The translations under genes were made by a program, and so were the position numbers. The notes under the pieces were generated by a model, which ran no database searches, was not told where the DNA came from, and was given only the letters and a program-made list of their open reading frames with translations. A stretch of 63,286 nucleotides of DNA, the filler included, from Craspedostauros australis (taxonomy: Eukaryota), in assembly GCA_030167865.1 (NCBI GenBank). It is 4 parts of 4 records of this genome, joined end to end, with 100 filler letters (N's around TTAATTAATTAA, not from the genome) between each part and the next. Parts side by side here need not be neighbours in the genome. Positions count along the whole stretch, not along the records: positions 25,221 to 55,250 come from JALAGF010004043.1; 3 more parts are not named here. One strand, given 5' to 3'. This document shows positions 35,418 to 47,678 of the stretch, one piece after another. Every line of letters starts with the position of its first letter. Positions within the stretch are counted from its first letter, which is position 1.

Positions 35418-36434
35418 TCACATGAACGCGCCCGATTCCTTCCAAATGCTGGGGAACCAGAAGAAGGAAACGCCATGATAGTCGTCCTGCCACGCCATGC
35501 CCTCCTGCAACAGCAACCGTATGGCCCGATCCACCCTATCTTGCGACCATCTCAACTTCTGAACGACATCATCCGCCGTGACGCAACCGCCGTTGCCGCT
35601 GCCATCGTCGGACTGCGCCAGCTCCAGTATCTGCATGTGATCTTGATCCAGTTCCGTCGGCACGGACACGATCATCTCCGTCTTTCCCACCTTGACCATG
35701 CGGAACCCGCCACCCAGCTTGCTGAGCTTGGCGATGGCGATGGGAATGTCCGCCTGGTTGCATTTCTTGCCGCTCCCGCTCTTATACTTTTTCTGCAACA
35801 CGTCGAAGACCTCCTGCACCGCAATGATGCCGCCATTTCTGGATCTTGTGGCGTAGCACACTTCGGCCACCTTGACAGCGAGCTCGTAGTAGAAATCTCC
35901 AACGCCCACCCCCAGCGTCTTTGCCCAGAATGATTTGGAGCTGACGAGCGGGTCCACGCCCAGCGGCCCGCACATCTGAAGGAAGCGTTGTCGGAAGGCG
36001 GGGTCATTTTGAATCTCCGTCTGATGGGTCTTCGCGAACGTCGCCAGCTTGGCCTTCAGAGTCTCCACCGTCTCCACCGCCGATTGCAAGGATGTTGCCT
36101 TGAGTTCTTCGGCCTTCTTTGAGAATCTGGAAGTGATTGTGTTGAGACAATTCGATGGTACGGATCATACGAACGATTGCAGGAATGACATGGACACGCG
36201 TTGTGAGGTGAGCGAGCTTGACTCTTCATTGGTGCCAAGGGTGGCTGGACGAGTCGATAAGATGTACCACTCCAGGAGTAGTTCCGGCAGAACATCGCGA
36301 TCGAACTTCGGCAACAGAGAGGTCCAAGATGGAACGGGTTGCATGCAAACACGCCCCATGAATGCAACCGGCATCACTCACTTCGCTGAAGCCTTGCCGC
36401 GGCCAACACCAATGCCTCTCCTTCGATGCGACAT
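35418..36434 (-). CDS. SNF8: ESCRT-II subunit SNF8/VPS22 (EAP30), 253 aa, 2 exons
   Basis: Exons 36434-36382 (MSHRRRGIGVGRGKASA) and 36126-35418. Motifs FLQMCGPLGVDPL, GDFYYELAV, SVPTELDQDH and EGMAWQD...FWFPS. Confidence 0.93.
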
Positions 36435-36580
36435 CGTGTCTGCGTCTTGCCTTTCTGGATGCTTGTAGGGTGATAGTTAGGTTGTATAGTACAAGTTCCC
36501 TGATTCGTGAGGTTTGATTTGGTGTGGTGGTGTGGTGCTATTGTGCTGTCTCTCTCGTTGCCGTGTGTCCAACCACGATT

Positions 36581-36607
36581 TGTGTGTGTGTGTGTGTGTG
36601 TGTGTGT
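36581..36607. repeat. (TG)n microsatellite
   Basis: About 13 TG units upstream of SNF8. Confidence 0.95.
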
Positions 36608-37376
36608 TGGTCTCCTTCTCCTTGTTTGTGTGTGGCGTGTTGATCTCAATCGTGTTTGGTCGTGGACCAAGATACGACTACGAAAACAAGGAAAGAGTGT
36701 GAAGGATGGATTCCGGTGAATGTCTGCATTCGCTGATTGGACAGATTTCTCATTCGTGCATCTCATCAATGATTGACACTCGTGACCTGATTGCAGGTGC
36801 CTGACCGTCAGCCGCTTCACCCATCACGAACGTGTTGATTTCCACCACCAACACACGCAAAAGTGCCCAATTTGTGTGAGCACCTCGATTTCTACGCCTC
36901 ATCGTTGTCACGTAACCCGAAGAACGTGGACATGTCTCTGCGCTGACACCGAACAACCAAGGGCTCCGTTGGTGTCCAACAAGTCCACATCCTCTGAGCA
37001 CCAATCGCCATCACCGACTTCTTTGCTTTCGCCACTGCTCCACTGCTCTACCACTTTGTCATTTGCATTGATCTCAAGGATCGGCCAGCAAGCACCGCCC
37101 ACCAGCGCCAGCACCAGTTCAAACGCCAACGCAAGCAAAGCAAGGCATCGTGAACACAAGTGCGATACTCCCATCAGCTCCAAACATATTATAGAATAAG
37201 ACGGAACATCCTTCCTTGCATCCCAGAGTGCCGCAGTTGGGCCACCGTCGCCATCATCATCACCATCGCCACAAACTGAAGACTTTTTTCTTCCGCAAGA
37301 ACAATTACCGTTTCGACTCTTGATTCTGCTCTATTCCGCACTGGAGCATACGTACGAACAGCGCACAAACAGAACC

Positions 37377-40211
37377 ATGAGGCTACTTGCGACGGCCATC
37401 GGTCTTCTGTGCACTTGCACCGCACCAGCGGCGTCCTTTCAATTTCATTCGACCTCGCAATTACAGCAAGCCGGAGCTTCGTATCATCCCTTCCGTTCTG
37501 GGGGAGGCTCGCAAATTCATACCCAAGGCAAACATGCTAATGCCTATCAGAATCGTTATCACAGAATAGTCCATGCGGATGCATCCGCACTGCGGCTCCA
37601 GGCAGCTGCAGGTTCAGCTTCAGCCGCAACAGATACTGCGGAGCTACAAGATCCTCTCGTATGCGATCCACTCACGCTGGCCAATGGCATCGTCCCCAAA
37701 ACCAAAACTCTGTCGCATTCCGTGGCATTTTATGCCAAATTCGTTGTTGACCGCATGACGAAAAACAGAAGGGACCGTCGGACTGTTGTGAAGAAGCGGA
37801 TAAAGGGACAGAAGAGAGCATTTTGGAAAGAGCTCGACAAGCAACGAAGGAATGTCGTTTCCTTGGCAGGATACACGGCGCACATCGCGGTTCCCTCCTT
37901 CTTCTTCCTCTTCGTTGGTGCATTCATGGTCAGCGTCACGCCCCTCTACTACAGTAAATGCATCCAGTGCGTTTCCACCCTCACGGCGGGCAGGGCTGAG
38001 CTCATGAAGGCCGTGGCTGGATTGGCCATCACAAGTACTCTCGCTGCTCTGTTCACCGGCATGAGAGGAAGCTTGTTCTGGATCGGAGGTCAGTCACACC
38101 GTATCGTCAACGTCTCCTCTATGGCTATTGCTATTGCCTGCACCGCACTTTCGCAATCATGAGATCGATCTTCGTTGTGGGCGTTCACTTTGTTACCCTT
38201 CGCTTTTGTCAATCTCATTGACCAGCAACCATCATGTTGATCATCCAGCTCACACACTACACCCATCTCTCTTTCTCTCTCACATACACATACATATACA
38301 CATGCAACAGGTTCGCGAGCCAACTATAATGTGCGCGTCAAGCTGCATCGAAGTCTCCTCATGCAAGAGGCCGCCTTCTTCGACATGAATGAGACGGGAT
38401 ACCTCCTCAGCCGTCTCAATTCCGACGTCAACAAAATCGGACAGGTCATTTCCTATCATGTCAACGTCGTCCTGCGACAATTCGCGCAGTTTGTCTTCGG
38501 CTCACTTTACCTCGTCAAAATATCGCCAAAGCTCTCCATGTGGACATTCGGTGGCATCGGTCTCGTCGCATGGTTGTCTGCCATTTACGGAGACTTCGCC
38601 CGCGACTTGGCAGAGCAGGTGCAGGACACCTTTGCCGATGCCACGGCAGTCGCGGAAACATCCTTCTCCATGAGCGAGACCATCCGCGCCTTTGATGGTG
38701 TCGAAAGCGAGTCTGCCAAATTCGAAAAAGCGCAGAGCAAGGCATTGAGCTTGGAAGAGGTGCAGGCATGGGCCTACGGAACGCACAAATTCGTCAGCGA
38801 CACCCTGCAGGCCTTCTTGCAGGTCGCGCTCTTGGTTGCCTGTTGGAGCGTCGGCAAGGCCGGCGGGTTGCCAGCCGCAGAACTCACAACCTTCATGTTC
38901 TACACCAATTTCGTCCTCGAGTCATCGAACGAGGTCGGAGACCAGTGGGCCAAAATACAGGCCGCCGTCGGTGCCTCATCCAGCGTTTCCGATCTCATCC
39001 GTCGTGTGCCAAACATCCGCGATCCCCCACCATCGGATCTGCAGAGCACGCCGGCATTGGCTCCAGCGTCAGGATCGGCAGCACCCAACGCCGACACAAT
39101 CTCATTGGCGGCGTCGTCTGCGCAGGGTCACGTCAAGGTCAATGGCGATGCATCCGCAGCATTCCCGGTCATTGCGATGGACGACATGACCGTCACTTAC
39201 GATGCGATGGAACGACCAGCACTTGGCCGAATCAATTTTAACATTTACCCTGGCGACCGCGTCGCGGTGGTGGGACGCAGCGGAAGCGGAAAATCCTCCA
39301 TGCTGCGAACCATCCTTCGGTTTTACGATCCCTCCTCGGGTTCCATCAGCATCAACGGCCAGAACCTGAAGGATCTGCGACGTGCCGACTTGGCCAAGAA
39401 GGTCTCCGTCGTGCAGCAGGAACCACAGCTGTTCCCCATGTCCTTGGTTGACAATGTTCTGTACGGTATCGAGAAGGATGACGTTAATGCCACGAGCGGT
39501 GCACCATGCTACAGCGCATCGTACCGTGACGCCGTATCAGAATCGTTGCGAGTTGCAGGCATTCCCGTGGAACCGGGCAACGAGTTGGGATTGAATCTGG
39601 ATACCCGCGTGGGCGAGGGCGGGCGTTCTCTGTCGGGCGGACAGCGACAGCGTGTGGCCATTGCGCGTGCCGTCATTCGATCGCCGGAAGTGCTGCTCCT
39701 GGACGAACCAACGTACGTGCAACTCTATGTTTGCATGTGTCTGGCTGTGATTGCTTGCTTCATTTGCCTCGCTTCAGATGACATGAATGGCATGACATGA
39801 ATATGCCATGCGCATTTGTTGTGCCGGATCTCATTGCGTTGCATCGTTTCTCACACTTGGAAACAAATCGGTCTCTTGGTGCCACTCTCGTGTCTGTAAA
39901 CATTGCCGTCGTTATCTCAATACCTACTTGTGCAATCCGCGCGCAGCGCTGCGTTGGATTCGGAGAGCGAACGCAAGGTGGTGGAGACGCTGGAGATATC
40001 CATGGAGCACACCAAATGCATGGTCATGGTGACGCACAGACTCGGTGTGATTCGATCGTTGAAGATCAACCGAGTCATCGTGCTCGATAAGGGTGAAATC
40101 GTGGAGCAAGGGCATCCGGAGGAGCTGCTGGCCATTGAGGATGGGTTGTACACGTCTCTGGCGAGAGAACAGGGAATCACGGCCATTCAGTCACCGCCTG
40201 TGCTAACATAG
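37377..40211 (+). CDS. ABC transporter subfamily B half-transporter (TAP-like), probably plastid-targeted (~792 aa, 3 exons)
   Basis: Exons 37377-38088, 38311-39712 and 39947-40211. [17 protein letters not shown], Walker A GRSGSGKS, signature LSGGQRQR, Walker B LLLDEPT|AALD and H-loop VTHRL. Signal peptide followed by AAS-F (ASAFAP-like). Confidence 0.92.
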
Positions 40212-40488
40212 AGAGTAGTCAAATAATCAAGTTACAGCAATGTCTTCAATGCAACGAAATGCAATGCAATGGACCGCTGCAGCAAGTCAAAGCGGAAAGG
40301 TTTGGGCATACGACTACGAGTATGCATTGAGCGACGAGCATGGTGGGTGCCCTTCGGAGCCCAGCGATCCAGTGACGCGGCGGTACAAACAAGATGTCCT
40401 CAACGAAATGCATCTGGCCCTGCTCCGCATCACGCCCATTTGTTCGTACAATTAGGAACTGGACTATCTCACGAATAATAATACTAGT

Positions 40489-43400
40489 TTAGACGTCGTG
40501 GCTATCATCATCATCTTGCGATAGTTGTGTCAGCCCTTCCAAAGCATTCCCATTCCCCTGTTCCGAAGTGTCGATCATGAGATCGCTCCCAGACCAACGA
40601 TCGTTCTCCTCGTCGTAAACGTTGGTGTCTTGTGAGAGCAAGTGGTTGTCGCCCGTGCCGGCAACACTCGCAACAGAATCAACAACTCCATGCGTGCTTG
40701 TCTTGTTGTCATCTGTTTTCATATTGCCATCCGAGGTATTCTTTCCCAGCAGCAGATCCAGCCAGGGCGCCGTTCTTGGCGTCGTCATGGGCTCGTCTGC
40801 TGAAGTGAAATCGTGCAGCAGCTTCTTGAATTTGCGAGGTGGGGCGCTCGCACTCGCCGCGTCACGTCTCATTGTACCTCCGTTGGCACTGTTGATACTC
40901 ATGGTGGTTTCCAGATTTCGCTTCAGCGAGATGGACGGCGCTGTTGCCGCAGCTGATTCCTGTGATTCCTGTCCCCCCTGAGACGATGTTTGACTCAAGA
41001 AACGGATCATCGCACGCGGGTTGTTTGCGCCCATGTAGCCTGCGAATTGGTGGTCTTGGCGGTAGGTTTTGTAGAGCATCGATTGGACAGACTTGGCTTC
41101 AGGGATGATCTTGCTGAGAACGTTGTCCTGTACATGGTGGAAGATTCTGTTGGTGGATACCGTCATGTCAGCCATGCCCTCGTCCAGTTGCTTGTGCAAG
41201 TCATGCATCGGAACCGTGAGTTCCGTCGCAGCTGGATTCTCATCGCCTTTGCCTACTGCCGCATCCGCGTCTGATTCCCCTGCCTTCGCAGACACCTTCT
41301 CTTGCTGCTCCAACTCGTCCAGTGCGTGTTGCCACATCTTTTCCTGCTTTTCGAGCTGGACCTTGTCGGTGAGAAGCGTCGCCACCTCTCGCCACCATGA
41401 TTGATTCTTGGGATGCTGTCGCTGCAGCCGCTGGAATCGTTCGCGCTTTTTCTGGGCCTTCTTCAGAGCGATGCGCTCACGCTTCTCCTGACGCTGACGT
41501 TGACGCTCCTGCTTGCGCTTGATCTGCGCAGCACGGATGGCTTCGATGCGATCCACCTGCTGCTGAATGTAATGATCGAATCGCCGTTGTCGAGAATCAT
41601 CAATGACTTGCATCGCGTACTGGGTGCACCTGATGACGTGCTTGCGACCCTCACGGACCAACTTGATCTGGTCAGCGTTGAGATCGGGGTCACGCTGCAG
41701 CTTCGATTGTACCATTTTCATTGCTCGATTCTGTTCATGTGCAACGGAAGGAAGGAGGACATCTTGAAGGGAGAGGAGTCCGGCCGCCTGCAGATACTCT
41801 TGGTCTTTTTGTTGGGACTTTTGGAAAAGAAGCAGCGACTCGACATCGACTGCTGGAGGATTCTGATCTGGGCTTGCATCATGAGTGCCGCTTTGTTCAT
41901 TAGCTCCGGTCGAATCGTTGTTCTCACCATCTGGATCTTTCCCATCATTCTTGTGGGGTGTGACCTTGGCATTGCTTTGAGTTTGCTCACGTTTGGAGCT
42001 CGTTTGTGTTTGGTGTGCCTTGGAACCGTGTGGATCATGCTTGTTGGACTCGTGTTCGTGTTCGTCCTCGTCCACGGTCTGCAAAGCACACTTGAAGAAA
42101 TGCTGAATGATGTCTTTGGATGGAATGTTGATGTCCTGCTGGTTCGGGTAGTCCAGTCTAATACTGATCAGGTGTTTCGTGAGATCATGGATTTGGCCGT
42201 GGCCATCACGATTACGCTCAGCAGCCTTGCTGGTATCCGCGCCTTCGTCCTCGACGTTGGGGTTTGCACCACTTGGCTCTTCCATCGGTTGCGCTTGTTC
42301 TGATGCATTGCTGCAGGAGGTTGATGCGGTGTTGATGGTCTGCATCTCTGTCTGATCTGGAACAGAAAGCTGGATGTCGTCGATGTTTTGCTTCGCTGCA
42401 CTTCGCATCGGCGATGGAGATTGTCTGCCATCCTGGCTGTGCTGCAAAGAAGCGTGATTGGGATTGGGTGCTTGGTGCTCACGCTCGTCGGCTTGATCAA
42501 TCTCATGATGCTTGCTGGTATCATTGCTTGGTTCAGGTGCAGTCGAGGTGGTATCTTGCGAGTCGCTGGAAGTTCCGCTTTCCTTGCGTTCTTCCTCCTT
42601 GTCGATAGCATCATTTGTGCTGCCAGCGTTGCAAGATATGGCATCAGCGTGTGATGCATCTTGATTCACGGACTCGTTCGCAGGAGATGCAGATGATTGC
42701 GCCGTGGTGGCATCAATGCGATTGGATTCACCATCATCTTGACAGGGGCCGTCATGACGTGGCTCCTCCTTGTCCGATTCTGTATCCACATCCATGGGAT
42801 CCTCACCACCAGCACGATGGCGACTGCTGCCCTCGCGCTGTTCTTGTTGTTCAGAAGCAAGCTTATCGGAAACGATGGTCTCTTGAGATAAAGGCTCCAC
42901 GGGTGCATCGCTGTCTTCGTCATCATCGTTGCTGTTGTCACCGACATGGTGTTTGGATTGAGGCTGTCCGTCTTGCGCCGCGACTGGCGAGGATACGGAA
43001 GCGAATGAATCAGAGAGTCGGCGTCGGCAGCTCGATTCCGATGTGCGAAGTGTCGTAGTTTCTGCTGCTGCTTGTGATGACGTTGGTTGAGCATTTGCGG
43101 TGGACGCGGCACTCAAAGAGCCAGGTCCATCTGCGTGTTTGACCTTGCTGGCGCTCTTTCGAGTTTGCGACGACACCGTCGATGCGTGTGCCTCCTTCTG
43201 AGCATTTTGCAGGATCGACTTGCTGCTGCTCCGTCTTTTGGACGACAAGGACGAAGACTGTCGCAGTCCGCTTCCCTTGTTGGTGCGATCGATGAGTGCA
43301 TTGCGGTTGACCAATGGTTGGGAGAGTCCTGCTTGCAGATTCGCAGCAGAACTGGCTTGCGACGGTTGCAGCGACGTGCCAAGATGCTTCGGTGCAAATT

Positions 43401-44325
43401 GGTGGCTGCGCCTTGGCTCCAGAACGATGTTGGGCACCGGAGGCACGTTCTCTTGATCCACGCTGTTGGCAAAAGCGTTGATTTTGCTGTGCAGACTCGG
43501 TGCCAAGTTCTGAAGGTGGCTTGCCGCGGCTGCGATGGAAACTGTCATGCGTTTGCTTTGCTTTTCCAACGGTGAGGACTCATTCGATGCTGGCGCTGGC
43601 AATGCCTGCATGCGATGTGGAGAAGACGAAGCAGACGATGAAGATCCACCTGATGTGGACGACGGTGATGGGGTCGAGATGTGCGAGACGTTGAGGTCGG
43701 AAGACTTGCGTGATCGTGCAACCTTCGGACTGCCGTTGGTTCCTTCTGGCGATGACAGAGCTGGCTGCTGCGGAGCTGGCTGCTGCGGAGCTGGCGGCGG
43801 AGACGATGTGCGAGTTGCGCCCATGGTGAAGTCCATGGCATCGAGATCGTTGAGGCTCTTCAACTGAGCCGATGCACGATCCGATCTGCGGCCGCGACTG
43901 CCCTTGCGATGGCGTCTAGTCGACACGAATTGCGGCGACTGAGGAATGGTAGGCAGGCTGTAGGTGGAGACGGAGCGTCTGTTGGAAGTCCCGATGGTCG
44001 CGCCCAAGGGGTCCACCTCCTGAGCTTCATCTCGTTCATCCTCGCGGCGCGATCTGCCATGCGTCAACGTGGGCAAGCTCAGGCGACCCTCCTCGCGCTC
44101 TTGCTGCATGCGTCGTCTTGCCTGGCTTCTGGTCAAGCGCTGGTACGACGAAGACAGGGATCTCGACATTGAGTTGGACATTGAGTTGGACAACGAATTG
44201 GACAAAGACGCGGGCGATCGCGATGGAGATGGCGCCATTCCGGACATTCGCATGGAAGGCGTCATCAACGACGCATCCAGCCCTCCTGAAGACTGCATTG
44301 TCGATGGCATCGTTGACGGCATCAT
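40489..44325 (-). CDS. Hypothetical 1278-aa mostly disordered protein with C-terminal coiled coil
   Basis: 3.8-kb uninterrupted ORF that is Ser/Gln/Asp-rich, with coiled coil RQRQEKRERIALKKAQKK...WWREVA. No domain recognised. Confidence 0.75.
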   Translation of the reverse strand: MMPSTMPSTMQSSGGLDASLMTPSMRMSGMAPSPSRSPASLSNSLSNSMSNSMSRSLSSSYQRLTRSQARRRMQQEREEGRLSLPTLTHGRSRREDERDEAQEVDPLGATIGTSNRRSVSTYSLPTIPQSPQFVSTRRHRKGSRGRRSDRASAQLKSLNDLDAMDFTMGATRTSSPPPAPQQPAPQQPALSSPEGTNGSPKVARSRKSSDLNVSHISTPSPSSTSGGSSSSASSSPHRMQALPAPASNESSPLEKQSKRMTVSIAAAASHLQNLAPSLHSKINAFANSVDQENVPPVPNIVLEPRRSHQFAPKHLGTSLQPSQASSAANLQAGLSQPLVNRNALIDRTNKGSGLRQSSSLSSKRRSSSKSILQNAQKEAHASTVSSQTRKSASKVKHADGPGSLSAASTANAQPTSSQAAAETTTLRTSESSCRRRLSDSFASVSSPVAAQDGQPQSKHHVGDNSNDDDEDSDAPVEPLSQETIVSDKLASEQQEQREGSSRHRAGGEDPMDVDTESDKEEPRHDGPCQDDGESNRIDATTAQSSASPANESVNQDASHADAISCNAGSTNDAIDKEEERKESGTSSDSQDTTSTAPEPSNDTSKHHEIDQADEREHQAPNPNHASLQHSQDGRQSPSPMRSAAKQNIDDIQLSVPDQTEMQTINTASTSCSNASEQAQPMEEPSGANPNVEDEGADTSKAAERNRDGHGQIHDLTKHLISIRLDYPNQQDINIPSKDIIQHFFKCALQTVDEDEHEHESNKHDPHGSKAHQTQTSSKREQTQSNAKVTPHKNDGKDPDGENNDSTGANEQSGTHDASPDQNPPAVDVESLLLFQKSQQKDQEYLQAAGLLSLQDVLLPSVAHEQNRAMKMVQSKLQRDPDLNADQIKLVREGRKHVIRCTQYAMQVIDDSRQRRFDHYIQQQVDRIEAIRAAQIKRKQERQRQRQEKRERIALKKAQKKRERFQRLQRQHPKNQSWWREVATLLTDKVQLEKQEKMWQHALDELEQQEKVSAKAGESDADAAVGKGDENPAATELTVPMHDLHKQLDEGMADMTVSTNRIFHHVQDNVLSKIIPEAKSVQSMLYKTYRQDHQFAGYMGANNPRAMIRFLSQTSSQGGQESQESAAATAPSISLKRNLETTMSINSANGGTMRRDAASASAPPRKFKKLLHDFTSADEPMTTPRTAPWLDLLLGKNTSDGNMKTDDNKTSTHGVVDSVASVAGTGDNHLLSQDTNVYDEENDRWSGSDLMIDTSEQGNGNALEGLTQLSQDDDDSHDV

Positions 44326-45011
44326 CGATGTTGGCCGTCGTCGTCAGATGGCACAGCTCTGATTGAGGGTACTTGTATGGAGTACGACTATGATTGTGAT
44401 TTGGTATGCCTCTTTGCTCCCTTCTTTTCTTGCTCGTTTGCTTGGTGCTTTTCTTTCTTGCTCGATTGTTGGCGCCACTCACCGCAAGATACCCTCCTCC
44501 TCTTCTGGTGGCTTTGCGCTCATCTCACTGTTTTTGGCGCGATTTTCTCGTTGTTCTCGTCCCTTCTGCAACAAGAAACCGTTGTTTGAAACCAACGGCG
44601 TTCTTCACCAGTAACGTCAAATCGTGGTCGATGTAGTCATTGAAGCGACTGATTCATCAAATCACACTTGAACGTTATTTGACGTTATTATACCAACTTG
44701 AGAGTAGCTTGGTCGGTCACCAGGCGCACTTTCCTACAGACAAGCAGGCACCAACAGCGGCAGACGGATGGTTGGCCAGACGACCATGGCGGTCGATCCA
44801 AAACACAACAACAACAGAGAACGGCGTTGGTGGCAACAACCACAGCGCAACAACACATCAAGCAACACCGCCACTATCATCGTCACGCCCACCGACGCTG
44901 TCTTTGCAACCAAGGAAGTGACGACTGTCGCTATACGCAGCAGTCTTCCTCTTCACTGACAGAAAGCCGCCTCCAACAAATCCATACTAATACACCACAC
45001 CGCACAACAAT

Positions 45012-45867
45012 ATGTCTTTTCCAGGAATGGGAGTGCAGAGGGCGTGGCATCTCATCGATGCCAACAACCAGACGGTGGGACGCCTTGCGGTGCAGATATC
45101 GCAGCTGCTCAAAGGCAAGCACAAGCCCACCTTCAAACCCAACAAGGATGTGGGTGACTACGTCGTCGTTATCAACGCTGAGAAGGTGAGTGCGGCGTCT
45201 CCAAGTGGATCATTGTGTCCATTTGTCATGTGGCTACTTTCCACGCTTGGGAGAAGTATGGATGTGTGATTAGATGTGGTGTGGTGCTGTTGGTATTGTG
45301 GCCCCAATCTATAATGTGATACTCTCCTCTATTCGTTTGGACCATATGTCATCTCGTCTCACCCACTGACTCACTGACTCAATCCCTACCAACCACTACT
45401 TGAAACATCTGACCATCTTCTTCTGAATGAACGAACATCTGGCAAACACTACCCGATCGAACCCAACTGTCAACTCGTGGTTTGCCCATGCATTACAGGT
45501 CCATTTCAGCGGCAAGAAATGGAAGAATAAGCTGTACCGATGGCACACTGGTTACCCGGGTGGATTGAAGCAACGCACGGCGCAGGAACAGCTGAACCGC
45601 AAACCAGATGCGATCCTTCGATCGGCGGTGCTGGGCATGCTGAAACGAAACCGTCTGCGCCATCAGTGCATGGAGAAGAGATTGAAGCTGTACGTCGGCC
45701 CGGAGCATCCTCACACCTCGCAGTTACCATCAGAATCCACAAAAGTGTCACCAGCTCTGCCGCGGTCCGGGCCTATGGAGCGATTTGGACTTGAGAGCTA
45801 CACGCAGCTGCCGCACCCACATGCATTGAACAAGAAGTTCTCCCTCAAGGATTTGAAGGGTCTTTAA
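45012..45867 (+). CDS. MRPL13: Ribosomal protein uL13, bacterial type (probably mitochondrial), 180 aa, 2 exons
   Basis: Exons 45012-45185 and 45499-45867 (NAEK|VHFSG). Motifs WHLIDA, GRLA..I...[17 protein letters not shown] and [12 protein letters not shown]. Confidence 0.93.
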
Positions 45868-46360
45868 AAGATGGCATTGCAGAGTAGGACATAATAATAT
45901 TAGATGACATTTGCAATCTACTAATGGCATTCCTGCACTGAGAAATGGCTATTGCATTGCATTGCATGTCCACTGGAGTCTCGTCGCTCGCAAGGGTGCG
46001 GATGCTCACAGCCATGCAGCCTCCCTGTACCCACATCGGTTGCGTGGATGTGTGGGCATGGTGGTTCTGGTTCATTGTCGGGAACGAGAATCGCTGGCAT
46101 GATTGACTCAGCGGACCAATCAACCACAACGCGGTCCTCTGCTGCGGCACATCAACAACGAATTCAGAATCAAACAACACAACAATCGAACAAGGGGGCA
46201 ACCATCATTCATCATTCATCATTCATCACCTACCACTTCTTCAGACAAGCAGTCAGTCGATCAAACAGAGAAGCACAGCACCTGTGCATCTTTCTATTAT
46301 ACTCCCCTCCCAACCAACCAACCTACGAACCAACAACTGTCACAATCCTCGAATTCCAAG

Positions 46361-46528
46361 ATGGTCGTTCTGCAGAAATCCAACAAAGGCCAAGCGACAG
46401 TGACGGCATGCCCCGCCTTGGTCGCCGCATTCGGTGTCATCTCCATCATATTCGCTCTCTTCGTCATCAAGATCATTCTGGACAGTGGCGATGTGCAAAG
46501 ACGTTCCGAGGATGATGTGGAGTACTGA
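46361..46528 (+). CDS. Putative 55-aa single-pass membrane microprotein (or 5' remnant of a decayed gene)
   Basis: MVVLQKSNKGQATVTACPALVAAFGVISIIFALFVIKIILDSGDVQRRSEDDVEY*. Start context CCAAG-ATG and a CA-rich leader resemble those of neighbouring genes. Confidence 0.4.
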   Translation: MVVLQKSNKGQATVTACPALVAAFGVISIIFALFVIKIILDSGDVQRRSEDDVEY

Positions 46529-47678
46529 TTCGCAACATTTTATCCGGGGATTTACTACTACATTCGGAGAGCCAGAGATGCAAAGGCATCTCCACCGTCG
46601 ATGTTGATGCTCCTGCGGTCATGTGACATCACCTCACATCACATGACACAGATGATGAGATCAGCATGAGGCAACGCTCTCGCAGAGCAATCCCAGAATG
46701 GCTGTTGGGCGACGCCGAGTGCACGGCATATTGTCTTCAGGAATCGAAGCGGTACGGTTGATGATCCCGGGCACAGGATCGATCCAACGAAGGTAGACCT
46801 GGCGGTGCCATACAATGTGAGTAGGTAGAGAGTGTTCGATGGCCGTAATTTATGTAGAGTAGAGTAGGCAGGAACAGCTGCAGCAATCACAACAAGTTGG
46901 TCGAATCACTGTCTGAACTGCAAGATGATGGAATGTTGCTGCGCCGTGCCAGAGTAGTGCTTCCTCATCATCGCAGCGCCTGAAAGCTGAACGAATCGCA
47001 AGCTGAACCATACTGTCACCGTTTGTGCCTACTGCCACGTGTTCATCCCACCGAACCAATAGGTTTGCGACAGATCAAAAGTCATGGTGCACTACACCAA
47101 CACAGAGTATGTTTGGTACAGCATCAAAGGAAAGAATGTGTCTGGAGATCCGGGGTACGGAGAACGAATATGCAGGTGGTCTTCATGGGTTACGTATGCC
47201 ACCATGAGCATCGGGCAGAACCAATGGCCATTGGCCCACTATCCTTCGTTTAGAAACGATACAATAATCTAGCACACTTTCGAGCATCTCCTCTCTGTTG
47301 GCTCCGCGCACTGGCTTTACCACACGAGCAATGGTCGTTCTGTTGGTGCGGTGTGGATCCCCTTGCTTCCTTTCCGTAGCATGTGAATAACCGTTGATTT
47401 CGACTTGTTTCTTTTTCGGCAACAACCGCTCAGGCATCGCCAGAGCGGCCTCACAAGAGACACAACCAAACGCAAAATCGGAAGCTCATGCACAACAACT
47501 ACTCTGCGAGGCACACCATCATAATAGAATATTATATTCTATTATTACATATTATCATCAAACACACAACCACACACAACCACACACAACCACACACAAC
47601 CACACACACACCCATCCACTCTCCTCAACTTACGACTATCCACTCGATTCGACTCAGCGACGAATACGCACGCGAAGG

